Assembly: GCA_001599295.1 (NCBI GenBank)
Contig: BCGN01000002.1
Coordinates: forward strand, 1,054,001 to 1,118,000
Origin: Sporopachydermia quercuum
Lineage: Eukaryota
Length of the DNA: 64,000 nt
Direction: 5' to 3'
Both the position numbers and the translations under genes were made by a program. The notes under the pieces are model-generated. The model searched no databases. It worked only from the letters and a program-made list of their open reading frames with translations, and was not told the origin of the DNA. Positions 1 through 12,678 of the stretch are shown here, piece by piece. The first letter of the stretch is position 1, and each line of letters opens with the position of its first letter.

Positions 1-154
1 CGACAAGCTGACTGGCTACTGATTCAGTCAAGATTGCTTGTTCTAGTTCTGTGTACCAAATTGATCTACGTATCAGTGATAGCAAAAAGGATGGTGACCA
101 CGAAAATTTAGTCTCGTGGAGAGTTCTCTGTGGGATTGGATCAGTCCCTGCCAT
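1..154 (-). CDS. Possible 5' end of a gene running off the left edge (MAGTDPIPQRTLHETKFSWSPSFLLSLIRRSIWYTELEQAIL...), product unknown
   Basis: ATG at 154 on the minus strand, with an open frame of 51 codons to the window edge. No family recognised. Confidence 0.4.
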   Translation of the reverse strand, partial: MAGTDPIPQRTLHETKFSWSPSFLLSLIRRSIWYTELEQAILTESVASQLV

Positions 155-1946
155 GGCTGTACTGATATAATAAGTGTATGTTATTCGTGACCAGATTAAC
201 AAAAGATCAAGATGTTGGACCACTGAACAACCACATTCAAATACAAGCTCAATTTTCAATCAGTGTATCCAGCACTTTCTTCTTATATGTGTTTTGCTCT
301 TCAATAAAACAACTATCAATTAAGCAACCTTTAGTTTGGGTTTCTGTGGGCAGAACTAGCTACTCAAAATCTCTACAAACACTCTAGATTATATCACTCA
401 ATTTATCAAAAGCAAAGAGAAGTACTCTTTCCTTCAACAACAGTCTAAGCTACTCTCAACCCTCTATGAGAAGGCTCGAAATATTCGGTACTTAGTATCA
501 ACTCCACTCAATTATACTAATGGTATCAGAGATACAGAATAGGAGTCATTGACTGGGTTACATACATTTGATAAAGTATTCTACGAATGGCTATGGACGC
601 TTCATATTAGATCACGTCTCAACTTGCATATGTGGGGATAAGGGGATAATTATTACCATTGTACCCGAATTGCACATCCACGTGCTATCATCATTGAAAT
701 AACGGAAATTATGCGAACCAGATCTTCAGAAACAACTTATATGTGTTATGGGACAGCTTAAGAAATCAAATTATCGCGAAGGTATGTGGTATATCTATTT
801 TATTGTCTAGGAGTGTATTTAAGAAATTTCGGCTCAAATACTACTGTCGCAGTTTTGAAGTTGTTCCGTTATCGGATATTTTCTCTACTTTTAGTGGTTC
901 ACTGAAACTAGGGTTTGGAGGTACTCATCCTACAACACAGTTAGGAGGTTCACTTTGCTCTTGGAGCATCATATGGGCAGTTTATAGTGGATAATATCTA
1001 ATTGATACTCTCACAAATAGTAGAATAAAGTAATTTCAGGTATTTAATCGTTCTTTTAGCTCAAATCTTCGTTTATTTACTCTTTTACTACTATTAATTC
1101 TAACCCTTTTTCTTCAACTCCATCGACTCCGCAGGATCTGCCGTCAGCCACACAGGTTACAAAAAAGTTTCTCAAAAAGCATTACCACTGCATATAATCT
1201 CATTGTGCTTACTTACTTAACATCACCTACTTCACCCACCTATTCTTTGTGCATATGATATATATTCAAATTTTTTAAATAATAAATATATTAAAGCTGA
1301 CTCCTGCCCTAAAACTCGGTTAGTTATCTTGTATTTTTTCTTGATATCTTTCTATAATCAAACAGCTTTATTCATTGACTGAGTTTACGGTTTCCAAATA
1401 TGGTTCAACATTAAAAAATTTAAGCTTGAACCTTAAGCGGTCTCTCATTTTGTTATGGTCTTTTCTCTTTTCCGCTCTGTAATATCAGAACAATAAAACA
1501 ATTCATAGGCTGAGGACTGAATAGCATTATTCCTCTCCTTTCAACCTTTTTCTTGATGATTTGAGTAGCATGAATTTCCTTTGATGTTCTAAAGAGATTA
1601 GTCTGGATTTGGCAGAATGTAAGAAGTATCAGTAATATTAGAAGTGGTAAATAGGTTATTAAAAGCTAGCTGTGGTTGAAACGTTTTGGATGAATAGCAT
1701 TGATTATAATTGTATAATAAAGGTTTGACTCATTACATGAAAGATTTATCGTGAAAAGAAGTGCTGAATGGGTCATTTAAAAGGTATACTCAAGTTGAAG
1801 CATTTTTGAGAGACAGCATTGTTCATAAAACTATAGAAAGTATTGATAGCATTTTAAGAGTAAGCGATAAAAATTAAAAGGTTAAATTTATCGTTTTGAA
1901 ATTGATTGAAATATGAATGTTACTGGCGAAAGGTCTTGTAAGAAAA

Positions 1947-2921
1947 ATGGTTTTCAAATTTACAATTGATGACGTCCTCAATCCTTATCTCAATTTTATT
2001 TCTAAGGAAGAATTGTTAAACAGATTTCCAATTGGAATATCAAGATTCTTGGGGTATCGAGATAGTTCGTCAAAGTCATTTTTAGCCTCTTCACAGGCAG
2101 TTAATAAGATACCAGATTACTTTTTATGGCTTGATATTGGCATCGGCACTTTTGTTGGAATGTTAATGTTGACAGGAGTGTTCAGTTCCCCAAATATATT
2201 TTCAGATCATCATCATGCACCAGTCGTCATTGCCTCATACGGTGCTACAAGTATACTATGTTTCAATGCGATAGCAGCACCACTAGCACAACCTAGAAGT
2301 ATCATTTTCAGTCATTTACTTGCTGCTATTATTGGCATTTCGATTCAAAAGCTTTTCGGTCTCTCAGAAGCTGGACAGGACCATTATTATGTAGCAGGTC
2401 CATTATCGGTTGCTATTTCATCAGTCTTAATGACAATACTAAACTGTGTTCATCCACCTGCAGGTGCATCGGCTTTGTTACCTTCTATTGATGAACAAAT
2501 TCGAGAAATGGGTTGGTGGTACCTGCCTGTTCACTTAGTTTCCTCTGTGTTGATAACTTCCACGGCATTAATATGTTGCAATATCATAAGGACGTACCCT
2601 GTTTTTTGGTGGACTCCTTTGGAGTTGAAACCTTTAGTTGCAGATGATAAGGACGGAGAAATTTCAGAAGAAACTCAATCAGGTGAAGTGAACCAGGAGC
2701 TTGATAAAGTGTTAAGCCATCAAGTAGAGTCAGAGAAAAGTATATTTGTTGAACAGGAAGCCGATAATATCATTATTACTTTAAAAGAGATCATTGTTCC
2801 ATTTGAACTAGATCTATCACCAATCGAAATTCAATATCTAGAAGGTATAAGGTCGAAACTGTCGACTATGGCCCATCGAAAAAATAAGAGGGCTGCTTCT
2901 ATTGCATCACAGTCTGTATGA
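1947..2921 (+). CDS. HPP family integral membrane protein
   Basis: Contains ASYGATSIL, APLAQPRSII and VHPPAGASAL motifs with several hydrophobic helices. ATG 1947 (AAAAATGG context) is preferred over the in-frame ATG 1917. Confidence 0.88.
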   Translation: MVFKFTIDDVLNPYLNFISKEELLNRFPIGISRFLGYRDSSSKSFLASSQAVNKIPDYFLWLDIGIGTFVGMLMLTGVFSSPNIFSDHHHAPVVIASYGATSILCFNAIAAPLAQPRSIIFSHLLAAIIGISIQKLFGLSEAGQDHYYVAGPLSVAISSVLMTILNCVHPPAGASALLPSIDEQIREMGWWYLPVHLVSSVLITSTALICCNIIRTYPVFWWTPLELKPLVADDKDGEISEETQSGEVNQELDKVLSHQVESEKSIFVEQEADNIIITLKEIIVPFELDLSPIEIQYLEGIRSKLSTMAHRKNKRAASIASQSV

Positions 2922-3006
2922 ATACATATATTTATGATATATAATCTATTCAAAACTTAAAAATAATATAACACAAGTGTCCATTTATTAGATATGCATA
3001 AGTTAT

Positions 3007-3804
3007 TTAATATGGTAAATCTTGCTCTTTGTTTTCTTCCCTAGTTGATCTTCCTGGTTCTTTTCTTGAGTTTCTGACTGCACTTGAATACTCATTTCTA
3101 GCGGGACTTGCCTCTCGCTGTCTCGTCCGATGTCCGTCATAAGATTCTCGAACATAATGATTCCGATCATTAGATTGAAAGTTCCTTGGTGATCGTCTCT
3201 CATCATTTGATTCTCCGTCTACAAAATCACTATCGTTCACTGGTTTCATATGGCGCTCCCTGTAAGACTCTCTTGATGGTCGGCGTCTCCTGAACTGTGT
3301 AGTTTTATTATTATCGCTATCAAAAGTCCTTTCTTCATGATTCACACTTTCACCACGATCCAAATGGAAAGCTCTTTTCATTCTTTTGTTTTCCTCCCTT
3401 TTAATAGTTGCCAGGCCGTGTGAGTCATAATACTTCAAATTGGACCTTCTATTATTGAAATTCGATTGTCTGTTCATTAACCTCTTTCGTAACTCGTTTA
3501 CCTGACGTTCAATTTCTTCTTCTTCAACTTCAGCATCTTCAAGTTTATCTCTTAACTCAAAACATTTCACCTCTACCTCACGTTTTTTATCGTGCTCCAT
3601 AATATCTTGATCCACTTTTCTGCTTTCAGCGCCTTCTCGTTCAGTCTGGTTTCTGGTTCTATAATCTTTTTCAGATAAATATTGTCGTGTAGCATAATGG
3701 CCACCCAAAGCTTCTCTCCTATAATTAACACTTGATTTATTCTTTTCGATGTATCCACTGGTACCACTACCCCGTGGAGTTTGCAAACCAATTCCGTTAT
3801 ACAT
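3007..3804 (-). CDS. CWC21: Pre-mRNA splicing factor Cwc21/cwf21
   Basis: N-terminus MYNGIGLQTPRGSGTSGYI and cwf21 domain HDKKREVEVKCFELRDKLED. Confidence 0.93.
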   Translation of the reverse strand: MYNGIGLQTPRGSGTSGYIEKNKSSVNYRREALGGHYATRQYLSEKDYRTRNQTEREGAESRKVDQDIMEHDKKREVEVKCFELRDKLEDAEVEEEEIERQVNELRKRLMNRQSNFNNRRSNLKYYDSHGLATIKREENKRMKRAFHLDRGESVNHEERTFDSDNNKTTQFRRRRPSRESYRERHMKPVNDSDFVDGESNDERRSPRNFQSNDRNHYVRESYDGHRTRQREASPARNEYSSAVRNSRKEPGRSTREENKEQDLPY

Positions 3805-5335
3805 TCTTGTAAATAGGAGGGTTCAGCTTGTGAATTAAATTGCAAGTACTAAGATAGTGAAATCTATCTGATGGTGAGGTTCTTTTGTTTTCTGATCCAA
3901 AACTATTTAAGTAAGTTAAGTTGAATTCAAATATTGTTTCCGTTATGAAATGCTTTCCTATTCTTTTTCAATATGACTGTTAAATGGTTCGCCTGATAGT
4001 CAGAATGATAAGGAACCTTTTGTAGTACTTTTAGTAGTCAGTAATAGTGCATGCAACTGGTAGGAGTAACTAGAAATGGTCTTTCTAAGTATTAGGAGAA
4101 TGGCATAAAACTGATGCTACTTTGTAGATTCAGGAGTTCGGTTTTAACTTATTAACGCCTTTATTGCTTAACGTAATAACATAAATAGCGATTAGCTGGT
4201 TCATCGTTTATAAATATGTTACTATGGAAATAAATTAAATCTTCTGTTGTATTCAAAAGCATATGATAGAAATAATTGTGAAGAAAAATGATACAACAGA
4301 GAAGAGATTAGAAAATATGTAGTACATACAGAAACTCGCAGAGGCTTGCATATAAGACTGAGAAGAGACCCGATATGAGTTTGACTACGGAACACAGACT
4401 ATAATAGAATAGTTCAGGATTGGGGATTTTAGCATAATGTCAAATGTAATATTGAAAAGAATTACATCTATAGTATGCAATCTAATACTCTTTTAGTTAC
4501 CAAAAGTATGAGAAGCTTCATCAGATACCACTCTCTCATGCGGGTAAAACCACTTTCTTCACTAGTAGTCTAGAGAAACAGTTCTACATAAATGAGGAAA
4601 GAAATTTTGGTAATATTCCGTTATTACGACTTTTATCCAGCTTGTGTTGCTTGATTTCTAAAAATCTAGGTAAATATGAAAACTAAACAAATAAGAAGGT
4701 AAAGGGGAGTTAAACATTGCCCACATAGTTTGATCTTTTCCACAGAGAATCTTTAGTGAAGTTTGGAATCTTATGCACTTAGTGCATTAGATCCCTGGAG
4801 CTTTTGTAACCACCTAGCTATACATTACTTATCCTTGGAGCCACGTGATAATTCACATAACGTCTTTTTTTTAATTTAACTTTTAACTTTATTCATATTT
4901 GTACCTTTCATATATTTACTATTTGCCTCGCTGATTATTTACTCTCATCATTTTCTTTCCAATTAACAATAAGAAGAGGGACAAAAGGGGAAAAGAGTAA
5001 GAGTTCTAATATAATTCTTAATTATTTCTTAAATTCATTTTATTTTACTGCATGATATACGATCAGAGAGTTACAACGTTTGCAAGGGCTTTCACGTGCA
5101 AATTAACAAAGATCTACTGAATACTATATGTTGGTGACGCATTAATCTATTGTAAATAAGCTAGTATCCAGATGCTTATTTTGCTTTATTATTCTTCTTA
5201 GATATCACTAGATAGATATATAATAACTAATGGCACTAATGGAGAAAAACAACATATAATCAGTAATAAGACGAATCTACGAGAGTCCCATTAAAGAAGG
5301 GGGTATCAGGGTAAATTTTCTAACAATGTTTAACA

Positions 5336-5409
5336 GGGCGTCTGGTGTAGTTGGTTATCACATCCGCTTAGCATGCGGGAGGTCCCCGGTTCGATTCCGG
5401 TGTCGTCCA
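5336..5409 (+). tRNA. tRNA-Ala(AGC), intronless
   Basis: Cloverleaf with acceptor GGGCGTC/GTCGTCC and the G3:U70 Ala determinant. Anticodon loop TT-AGC-AT, B box GGTTCGATTCC, and a T7 terminator just downstream. Confidence 0.95.
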
Positions 5410-5809
5410 TCTTTTTTTGCATTTCAAATGGAAGCAGAGAACTATTCTCTGCTTCTACTATACTGTATTACTTCTTTACAAAGAATATTATCCCTTTGGT
5501 CAGCAACGGGAAAAAAATATGTACACTACGCTTCAATTTATTGATAAGAATTACGAATCCTCTTTGACTGATATCAGGACGATGATTAAGTACATAGTAT
5601 GTTGATTGTATTGGACACCTGAAATAAAAAGAAAAATAACAATAAAAAAAAATTTTAATACAGGGCACACGATTATCTTATCTCTTAAATACATTTCAAT
5701 CATTCAATCTAGACCAATTCCATAATCACATTAACATTAACAAGCACTCTAGCATTAGATCCCCTACTATCATATCCAATATTAACAGCTTCATAATGAG
5801 CCATGGCAT

Positions 5810-8181
5810 TTACTCTTGACCAAAACCAATCGTTTCTTCCACAGCCAGAGTAAGTTTTTTTCTCAAGTCTTCGATGTTATCATAAGGAGGTAAATCGATT
5901 CTATTGAAACAAGTATGCGATTTGGGCAATTGAGTGATTTCCCCTGCTTTTTCAATTGTAAATCTACGAGGTCCATCAGAACCTTGTAAATCTTTGAAAC
6001 CATTAACAGGGATACGAGAAGTACCAGTACAGAACTGCAATACCCGAGATTTTTGTTCTGCATCCCATGATTTCATCAGTTCCCAGAACCATTGAATAAC
6101 TTGATCAGATTCAGTATATCCTCTATAGTCTGTGTGTTTTTTCCAATCTTCTACATCAATTTCTGATAAACCACCAATTAACAATTCCAGTTCTCTCTCG
6201 TCAAAAACATTGACAAGATCTGGAGGAATAAGTTCATTGAAACCGGAGATGAACGCATTGAATTGTTCTTCAACTCGCTTTGTAATTCTCCATTCAGTCA
6301 TTAAGTCAACATACTCCTTTTTGTTGTCATTAGTTACTATGATATCTCTTCCGCCAGGTTTCAAATCAACAGTAACAATTTCTCCAAACTTATCATCTTC
6401 TACTGAGAATGTAAAATCTAACCCTTCAACATCATTTTCTAATGTCCAAGTTAGGTTTCTGAATATATCAGAGTCAACACCTTCCATATCAGCTAAGGTT
6501 ACCTTCTTTCTCAATATCATTTTATAAAAAGCACCAATGAAAAAAGCATCCAAGAATCTTCTATGGAAAATAGCTAACCCGACAACACGTCCAATAAACT
6601 TGAAGTAATTCAAGTGTTCAGGATTAATAGCAGAATGAGGATTGATTTGAAGAGTGTAATTATCATGGGCAGAGTATTCAAACAAGCAATAAAATGGATT
6701 GAACATTTCGTGCGATAACAAAAAGAAAAATTCACGAGAAACTCCACCATAATCTAAACCTTCCTCTCCATCGAATTTGATCATTAAACGTTTCTTAAGA
6801 TCTGTTGGGGTTTGTCGCATGATTTCTTGATAGGAGTCTTCAAAAATGTGATCTCTTCTAACTTTAACATGGCATTGTCCTGGTAAAATCCTTAGCGCAG
6901 GTTGACTTCGGAAATAGATAACTTTTCTTCTGAAATCACGCTGATATTGAGGAACGTTTTGATCTAAGTTGGCAGGTAAACGAGGATCGTCCCATGTAGT
7001 TGTTCTGGTATTGTGGTCAACAAAATATACTCTAGCAGTGTTTGTAAGTCTCATTTCCCAGCCAGATGGTAAAGGACCAAGCTGTGATACTGGTTGTTGA
7101 ACAGTGCTTGCCGAACTACTGCTAGTTCCTGCTTGAGTTCGAATGATTTGCCTTCTTCGGGGATCAACCCACGTAGTTGTTCTTGTATTATGATCAACAA
7201 AATAAGCTCTTCCTTCAGGAGTGTACCTTTGTTCCCAGCCACGAGGCAATTCACCTAAGCCGGCATTGAAAGTTGAAGCAGAACTTTGTAATGGAGATGT
7301 TGGTCTTATATCATCAGGAAGCATTCTGTTTTGATGTTGAATTCTTTCCAGATCAGTTGTATTTTGCATAACTTGTTGTCTTTCAGCTTCAGTTGTATTG
7401 ATAGATGGTCTTGTCCAAGTAGTAGTTCTAGTATTATGATCAACATAGTATGTTCTTCCAATATTATCTGTTCTTCTTTCCCATCCTGGAGGAAGGGGAC
7501 CATATTGATCTTCAAATGAGGAATATTGACGATTAGCATGGTTTATTTGAGATTGTGAAGTTGCTGAAGTTGCTACTGTTGTACTGGATGTACCAGAAGC
7601 TGTGGAAAATCGACTAGAACTATTTCCTGAGTTTGGATTAAGTCCTCCTCCTACTTGAGAACTAGATGCTACACTTCCAAGGTTGGTACTGAAATTCAAA
7701 ACAATCTTACCGCTAACAGCTAAATTATTGTTGGTTTTTTGTAAATCTAAAGTAACCGTTTTTTCTTCATTGCTATCCAAACTAATATTATCGCCGACTC
7801 TGATATTGACAATTCCTAAAAAGCCTTGATCCTTCTTTTTGAACTTCTTATGATCAAACACTTGAACAGTAATTATACTGGAGTCAGTTACATTGATATC
7901 GAATGATTTGTACCAATAAGGGTTCAAAGTTTTTTTGCAAACTGGTGTTGAGTGACTTTCTTTGTTATCTACTGAAAGAACTGCAAATGGATCAGGTAGT
8001 TTGAAAACATCTCTTTTGACCAAAGAGTCAGCTGCAACAATCGTTACTTTAACTTTTCTATAAATCAAATCTGTTAGTACACCATAAATAAAAGTTTTTA
8101 CCAAAATTGACTTCAAAATGGTAACATAACAAAATTTATTGTTTGATGTAAAACATACCTTCTTCGTCCTGTAGTAGACAT
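5810..8181 (-). CDS. RSP5: NEDD4-family HECT E3 ubiquitin ligase; exons 8181-8159 and 8057-5810
   Basis: C2 domain, three WW domains and HECT domain ([13 protein letters not shown]). Intron 8158-8058 has GTATGT, TACTAAC and TAG; splicing gives [15 protein letters not shown] in frame. Confidence 0.97.
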
Positions 8182-10349
8182 TGTGCTTAGCTTGAAGGTG
8201 TTCTAAGGTAGCTTTCAGAAAGTGTGCTATGCTAACAGGTATTATGATCAAGTCAACAATAATCAATCTAATGAGAAATACTGAAATATCTATCACAATA
8301 GGCTGCTGAAAGATCTGATTGATTAGATGGATGTTACCTTCTTTTTTATGCCTCTTTCTATGTTTTGCCCAGTAAAATGAATGTCTCTTGTTCCCAATGT
8401 GATTGGATCATCAACGCAAAATACATAAACAATTGAACACAAAAGTAATAGTCTCTACTCGTCTTTATCTCCTTTTTTATCGAAATTTAAAAAATGCTTC
8501 TTGATCTCACAAATTTAAGTGATTGATGGGAATTGCACCAGGTAGACAATGTGTATGTAAAATGAGTTATGACTGTAGGTGGTAGGTGAAGTTCTGTCAT
8601 TTCAAATAAACCATAACCCATGGTACACAGCAGTTAAAAGTAAAGAATATGTATGTAGGCAGTGAAATATGCATGACATGCAGCTCTGACAGACTTGTCG
8701 GTTAACCGTCGTTAACTACGAATCGTGACTCATCAAAAGGAAGAAAGGCGATGCTAAACATGATGATACACGCGTAAGCTGGCGCATGTGATAAGCTTGA
8801 TTTTGTGTGATCGAATGAAATTATTTGAATAAGTTACAAGAGAAAATTCTGAAGTTGTAATGGTAAGTGAGGATAAGTGTTAAGTGATTTGCTGGATGAG
8901 TTTCGCTTGTACTGAGAATCGCAAGACACATTTATTACAAGTGTAACAGCAATTCAGGTATGGCTTAATGAGAGAATTAGGGACTAACAGTTGTCATGAC
9001 AACGCTAGACGCTATTGCCAAAGAAAATTGGAGTCATGATAGTTCAGGACAGGAGCAAGAAGATTGTTAGGGATGATATAATCCTAAAATAGATTAAATA
9101 ATAATGTAATCATAAATGTAGCCTAGAAACTTACGTTCTTGGTCCCAAATATTGAAATAGCTAGGGCATTGATAGATGGATGGTAGACAAGAAAATGTGG
9201 TTAAATATCAAAGGTATGATAGAAGAGCACAACTTTTACCTTAGCTGCTCTATTTAAGTTTTATTTTGTGGTATCAAGATGATAAGCACGAGAAATGACG
9301 TAACGTAGTCTTATCAACTTCCTTGTTGAAAGATTGTCTATAACCAGTCATCGGCAGGACATCTCGGAAGGTCAGTCGCTCAGAGACAATAGCCCCAGTA
9401 CGAAATTCAAACTATCTTGGATCTAATAACCATTCACTTGTTGGCCCAAAGTGCCTTATCGTCAAACATTCTCTAGTCACTTGTATCTCTCTCTTTCCTT
9501 ATTCTTAAACCAAAAATATTCAAGCATTGAAATAATAAACTTAATCCTCGATCAAAACGCACTTTGATAAAACTCTCAGAATCTTAAAGAGCAACGAAGG
9601 CTTAATTTCCCAACAGCTCTCAATATTTGGCAACTAATAGCATAATCCAACTCCCAAATGCTAATAATCGTTATTAACCAATAATATAATATTCACCATA
9701 TCACAAATGTAACCATTTACTGACAACTGGTTAACATCAACTAAGAGAAAAATTCCTATAATGTGGTTGTCGATAAGCTTTAACATTTATGCAAAAGTAT
9801 GTACCAATATGCATAATTGACTTACATGTGTTTAATTTTGGTCCACTACTTCCACAGCGCCAGGTTTACCACCAACAAACCTGAAATGCAAAAGCCAATC
9901 AAGGGACCAATCTTCTTGGGTATACACTGTCTGAGCGGTTGATGAATGTAAGCGAAGACANGATGTCTTGACAGATAAAATGTCAACTGGAGTTAATAAA
10001 TATCAGATCTGTTTGTTATAAGCTAGAAAGTAATTTTATCTTAGTTGATTGATTGATGTTCACTTACAGTAAATTTGGTGCGGTGCACTAGGTTCTTCGG
10101 TCAATTTGTCATAACATAGATAGCGAGGTAGAGAACAAGATCAAAGGTTAGACAAGCTTCAAAAAGAGAAAAGGAAAAACTAAAACGTTCAACAAGAAGT
10201 CCAGTTGAAAGTGTTCAAAATCATTGAGAATTGTTTGTGATACACAAAAAAAGTACTAGTGATTGGTAATCGTTCTGGGAGTAGTGAATACCTCCCTATT
10301 TCATTGGGCAACCAGCAAATAACCAAAGAGAATATACTCTAGTGGAAAA

Positions 10350-11840
10350 ATGTCAGCTCAACTACACTCTTCCAATGTAATTGGAGTTCATTATAAAGTA
10401 GAGAAAAAGATAGGTGAGGGATCGTTTGGTGTAATTTTCGAAGGGACAAACCTTCTAGACAACGAAAAAGTGGCTATCAAGTTTGAACCAAAAAGGTCAG
10501 AAGCCCCTCAGTTGAGGGATGAATACAAAACTTACAAGTTGTTGAAAGGTGTGAATGGTGTACCCAATGCTTATTATTTTGGTAACGAAGGAGTTCACAA
10601 CATCTTAGTCATAGACCTTCTTGGGCCTTCACTGGAGGATTTGTTTGATTGGTGTGGACGGATATTTACATTGAAGACTGTTGTTATGGCAGCTAAACAA
10701 ATGATTACTAGAGTGCAAAGCGTTCACGAAAATGATTTAATTTACAGGGATATCAAACCTGATAACTTTCTGATTGGTAGGCCGAATTCACCTGATCAAG
10801 AAATGATTTATATTATTGATTTTGGAATGGCGAAGTTATATCGAGATCCAAAAACTAAACAACATATACCATACAGAGAAAAGAAATCCCTAAGTGGAAC
10901 TGCTAGATACATGAGTATCAACACTCACTTTGGAATTGAGCAATCGCGAAGAGATGACTTGGAAGCTTTGGGTCATGTTTTCTTGTATTTCCTTCGTGGG
11001 GGTCTTCCATGGCAGGGATTAAAAGCCCAAACAAATAAACTCAAGTATGAGAAAATTGGAGAGAAAAAAAGTACTACCCCTATTTCAGAACTATGTAAGG
11101 GGTTCCCTATACAGATTGCTCAATATATGACATATGTACGAAACTTGAAGTTTGATGAAGAGCCAGACTATGATTATCTAAGGTCACTTTTTACCAATGC
11201 ATTGCTATCAGTTGGAGGACAAGAAGATGGGCAATATGATTGGTTGAAGCTTATGGGGGAAACAGGAGATTTCTCAAGCTTTAAAAAGCCAAATTTGTAT
11301 GGTTATGGACACCCCAATCCACCAAAAGACAGATCTCATAGGCATCATCAACAACAGCAACAACAACAATTATATGGCTCCTCTAAAGGAAATACAAATC
11401 AGGCATATTATTCGCGGAATACAAGTACTAATTTACAGTACTCTGCTTCACAGCTAAAACAACAGCAACAACAGCAACAGCAGCAGCAGCAAACAAAATC
11501 ACAACGTTTAACTTCTAATAATGCTCCGGTTGGCCTATCTTCGCAGAATCCATCTAATTACAATACTGCCAACAATAATGTAGGAAGCTACGGCAGATCC
11601 CAACCTCAAGATTTCAGTAATGATTCTCGACCCCCAGCTGCTGTTCAAAAGTCATACTATCAGCCAAAAAATGCCAATGAGTATGGGACAAATCCTCCAA
11701 GAGACACTAATCAACCGGCTACTGACAACTATCAGAATCCTTTGAGAGCAAGGGACAATGAAACAGGACAAGGACAGCGTATAGCTCAAGAAGAAAAGAA
11801 AGGCTTTTGGGCAAGACTGGCATCCTTTTGTTGTGGCTGA
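10350..11840 (+). CDS. YCK2: Casein kinase I, Yck1/Yck2 type (palmitoylated, plasma membrane)
   Basis: CK1 kinase motifs IGEGSFG, YRDIKPDN and SGTARYMSIN; KKPNLYGYGHPNPP; Q-rich tail ending in CCG. Probably the single ancestor of YCK1 and YCK2. Confidence 0.93.
   Translation: MSAQLHSSNVIGVHYKVEKKIGEGSFGVIFEGTNLLDNEKVAIKFEPKRSEAPQLRDEYKTYKLLKGVNGVPNAYYFGNEGVHNILVIDLLGPSLEDLFDWCGRIFTLKTVVMAAKQMITRVQSVHENDLIYRDIKPDNFLIGRPNSPDQEMIYIIDFGMAKLYRDPKTKQHIPYREKKSLSGTARYMSINTHFGIEQSRRDDLEALGHVFLYFLRGGLPWQGLKAQTNKLKYEKIGEKKSTTPISELCKGFPIQIAQYMTYVRNLKFDEEPDYDYLRSLFTNALLSVGGQEDGQYDWLKLMGETGDFSSFKKPNLYGYGHPNPPKDRSHRHHQQQQQQQLYGSSKGNTNQAYYSRNTSTNLQYSASQLKQQQQQQQQQQQTKSQRLTSNNAPVGLSSQNPSNYNTANNNVGSYGRSQPQDFSNDSRPPAAVQKSYYQPKNANEYGTNPPRDTNQPATDNYQNPLRARDNETGQGQRIAQEEKKGFWARLASFCCG
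11460..11492 (+). repeat. CAA/CAG repeat encoding Q11 in the Yck tail; a Q7 run lies near 11349-11369
   Basis: Read directly from the sequence. Confidence 0.9.
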
Positions 11841-12508
11841 GAGAAGATGATCATGGTAATTATTTTATCAATAAGATTACGTGCAGCTATCGGTTAATTT
11901 ACTTTACTGCAAAGGCTGCTGTGTTTACTATTACCATATTGTTTCGCTGGATTTAATTGCGAACAGTCTTTTGATTTCATATACTTTCTGCCAGGGCCAT
12001 TCTATGCTTGAAGCGGGTCTTCAGTTAATCTTTCTTTACAATACTTGTTTAGTATGCTTCTTTGTATTTTTTTTCTAGTGCTTGGTTTTTAATCTTCATT
12101 TTCTGTATATCTTTAGTTATATCAGCTCAGCACGTCTTTATACGTTTAATAGTTATTCTCTTGAACACCCTCCCATTTATCTATCTTCTGCAAAGTTAAT
12201 AGACTCTGTGATTTTCATTATCTTATTAACATAAGAATAATAATTGTAATAGGCTTTCCAGTATTTATTACATTCACAACTTCTGGCTCTTTGTTGTACT
12301 TTCCTGACAACGACAACCAAGTCACTTCTCAGCATCAAACTTCCACCATTCACCTAGCAGTTATTCTATTAGATATTTTGTATCAAATAACTTCTCCTAC
12401 TATGTCAGTTACTGTCTTATTAGCTATATATCAATTGATCTACTTTGAATCAATTGATGGGCAGCACACTTGATACTCGGGGGTATATGAGAGATACTAA
12501 TAACACTG

Positions 12509-12516
12509 TTACCCGG
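12509..12516 (+). promoter_or_regulatory. Reb1-type site TTACCCGG upstream of snR11
   Basis: Exact consensus match. Reb1 sites are common at yeast snoRNA promoters. Confidence 0.6.
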
Positions 12517-12678
12517 TTTTATACATAATTTCCGTTTATTCTTCAAACAAAAAATTATCCTTATAAAGAGCTTCTCGGTAATTTCTCTTCTTTCTTTCTA
12601 AGCGTTTTATCATATGGAAGAAATTCTAAAAGATCCTTCTTTTTTTCTTTTTTCTTTTCTCTAACAATGTCTTTTTAT

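Noticed and set aside
4244..4300. TGTTGTAT...ATACAACA inverted termini resembling a Ty3 sigma LTR
   Set aside because: Only about 55 bp, no target-site duplication, and 1 kb from the tRNA; most likely a chance 10-bp inverted repeat.
8182..8296. Hydrophobic N-terminal extension of Rsp5 in the ORF track
   Set aside because: Non-ATG start reading through the 5' region and the intron; the spliced model explains the gene.
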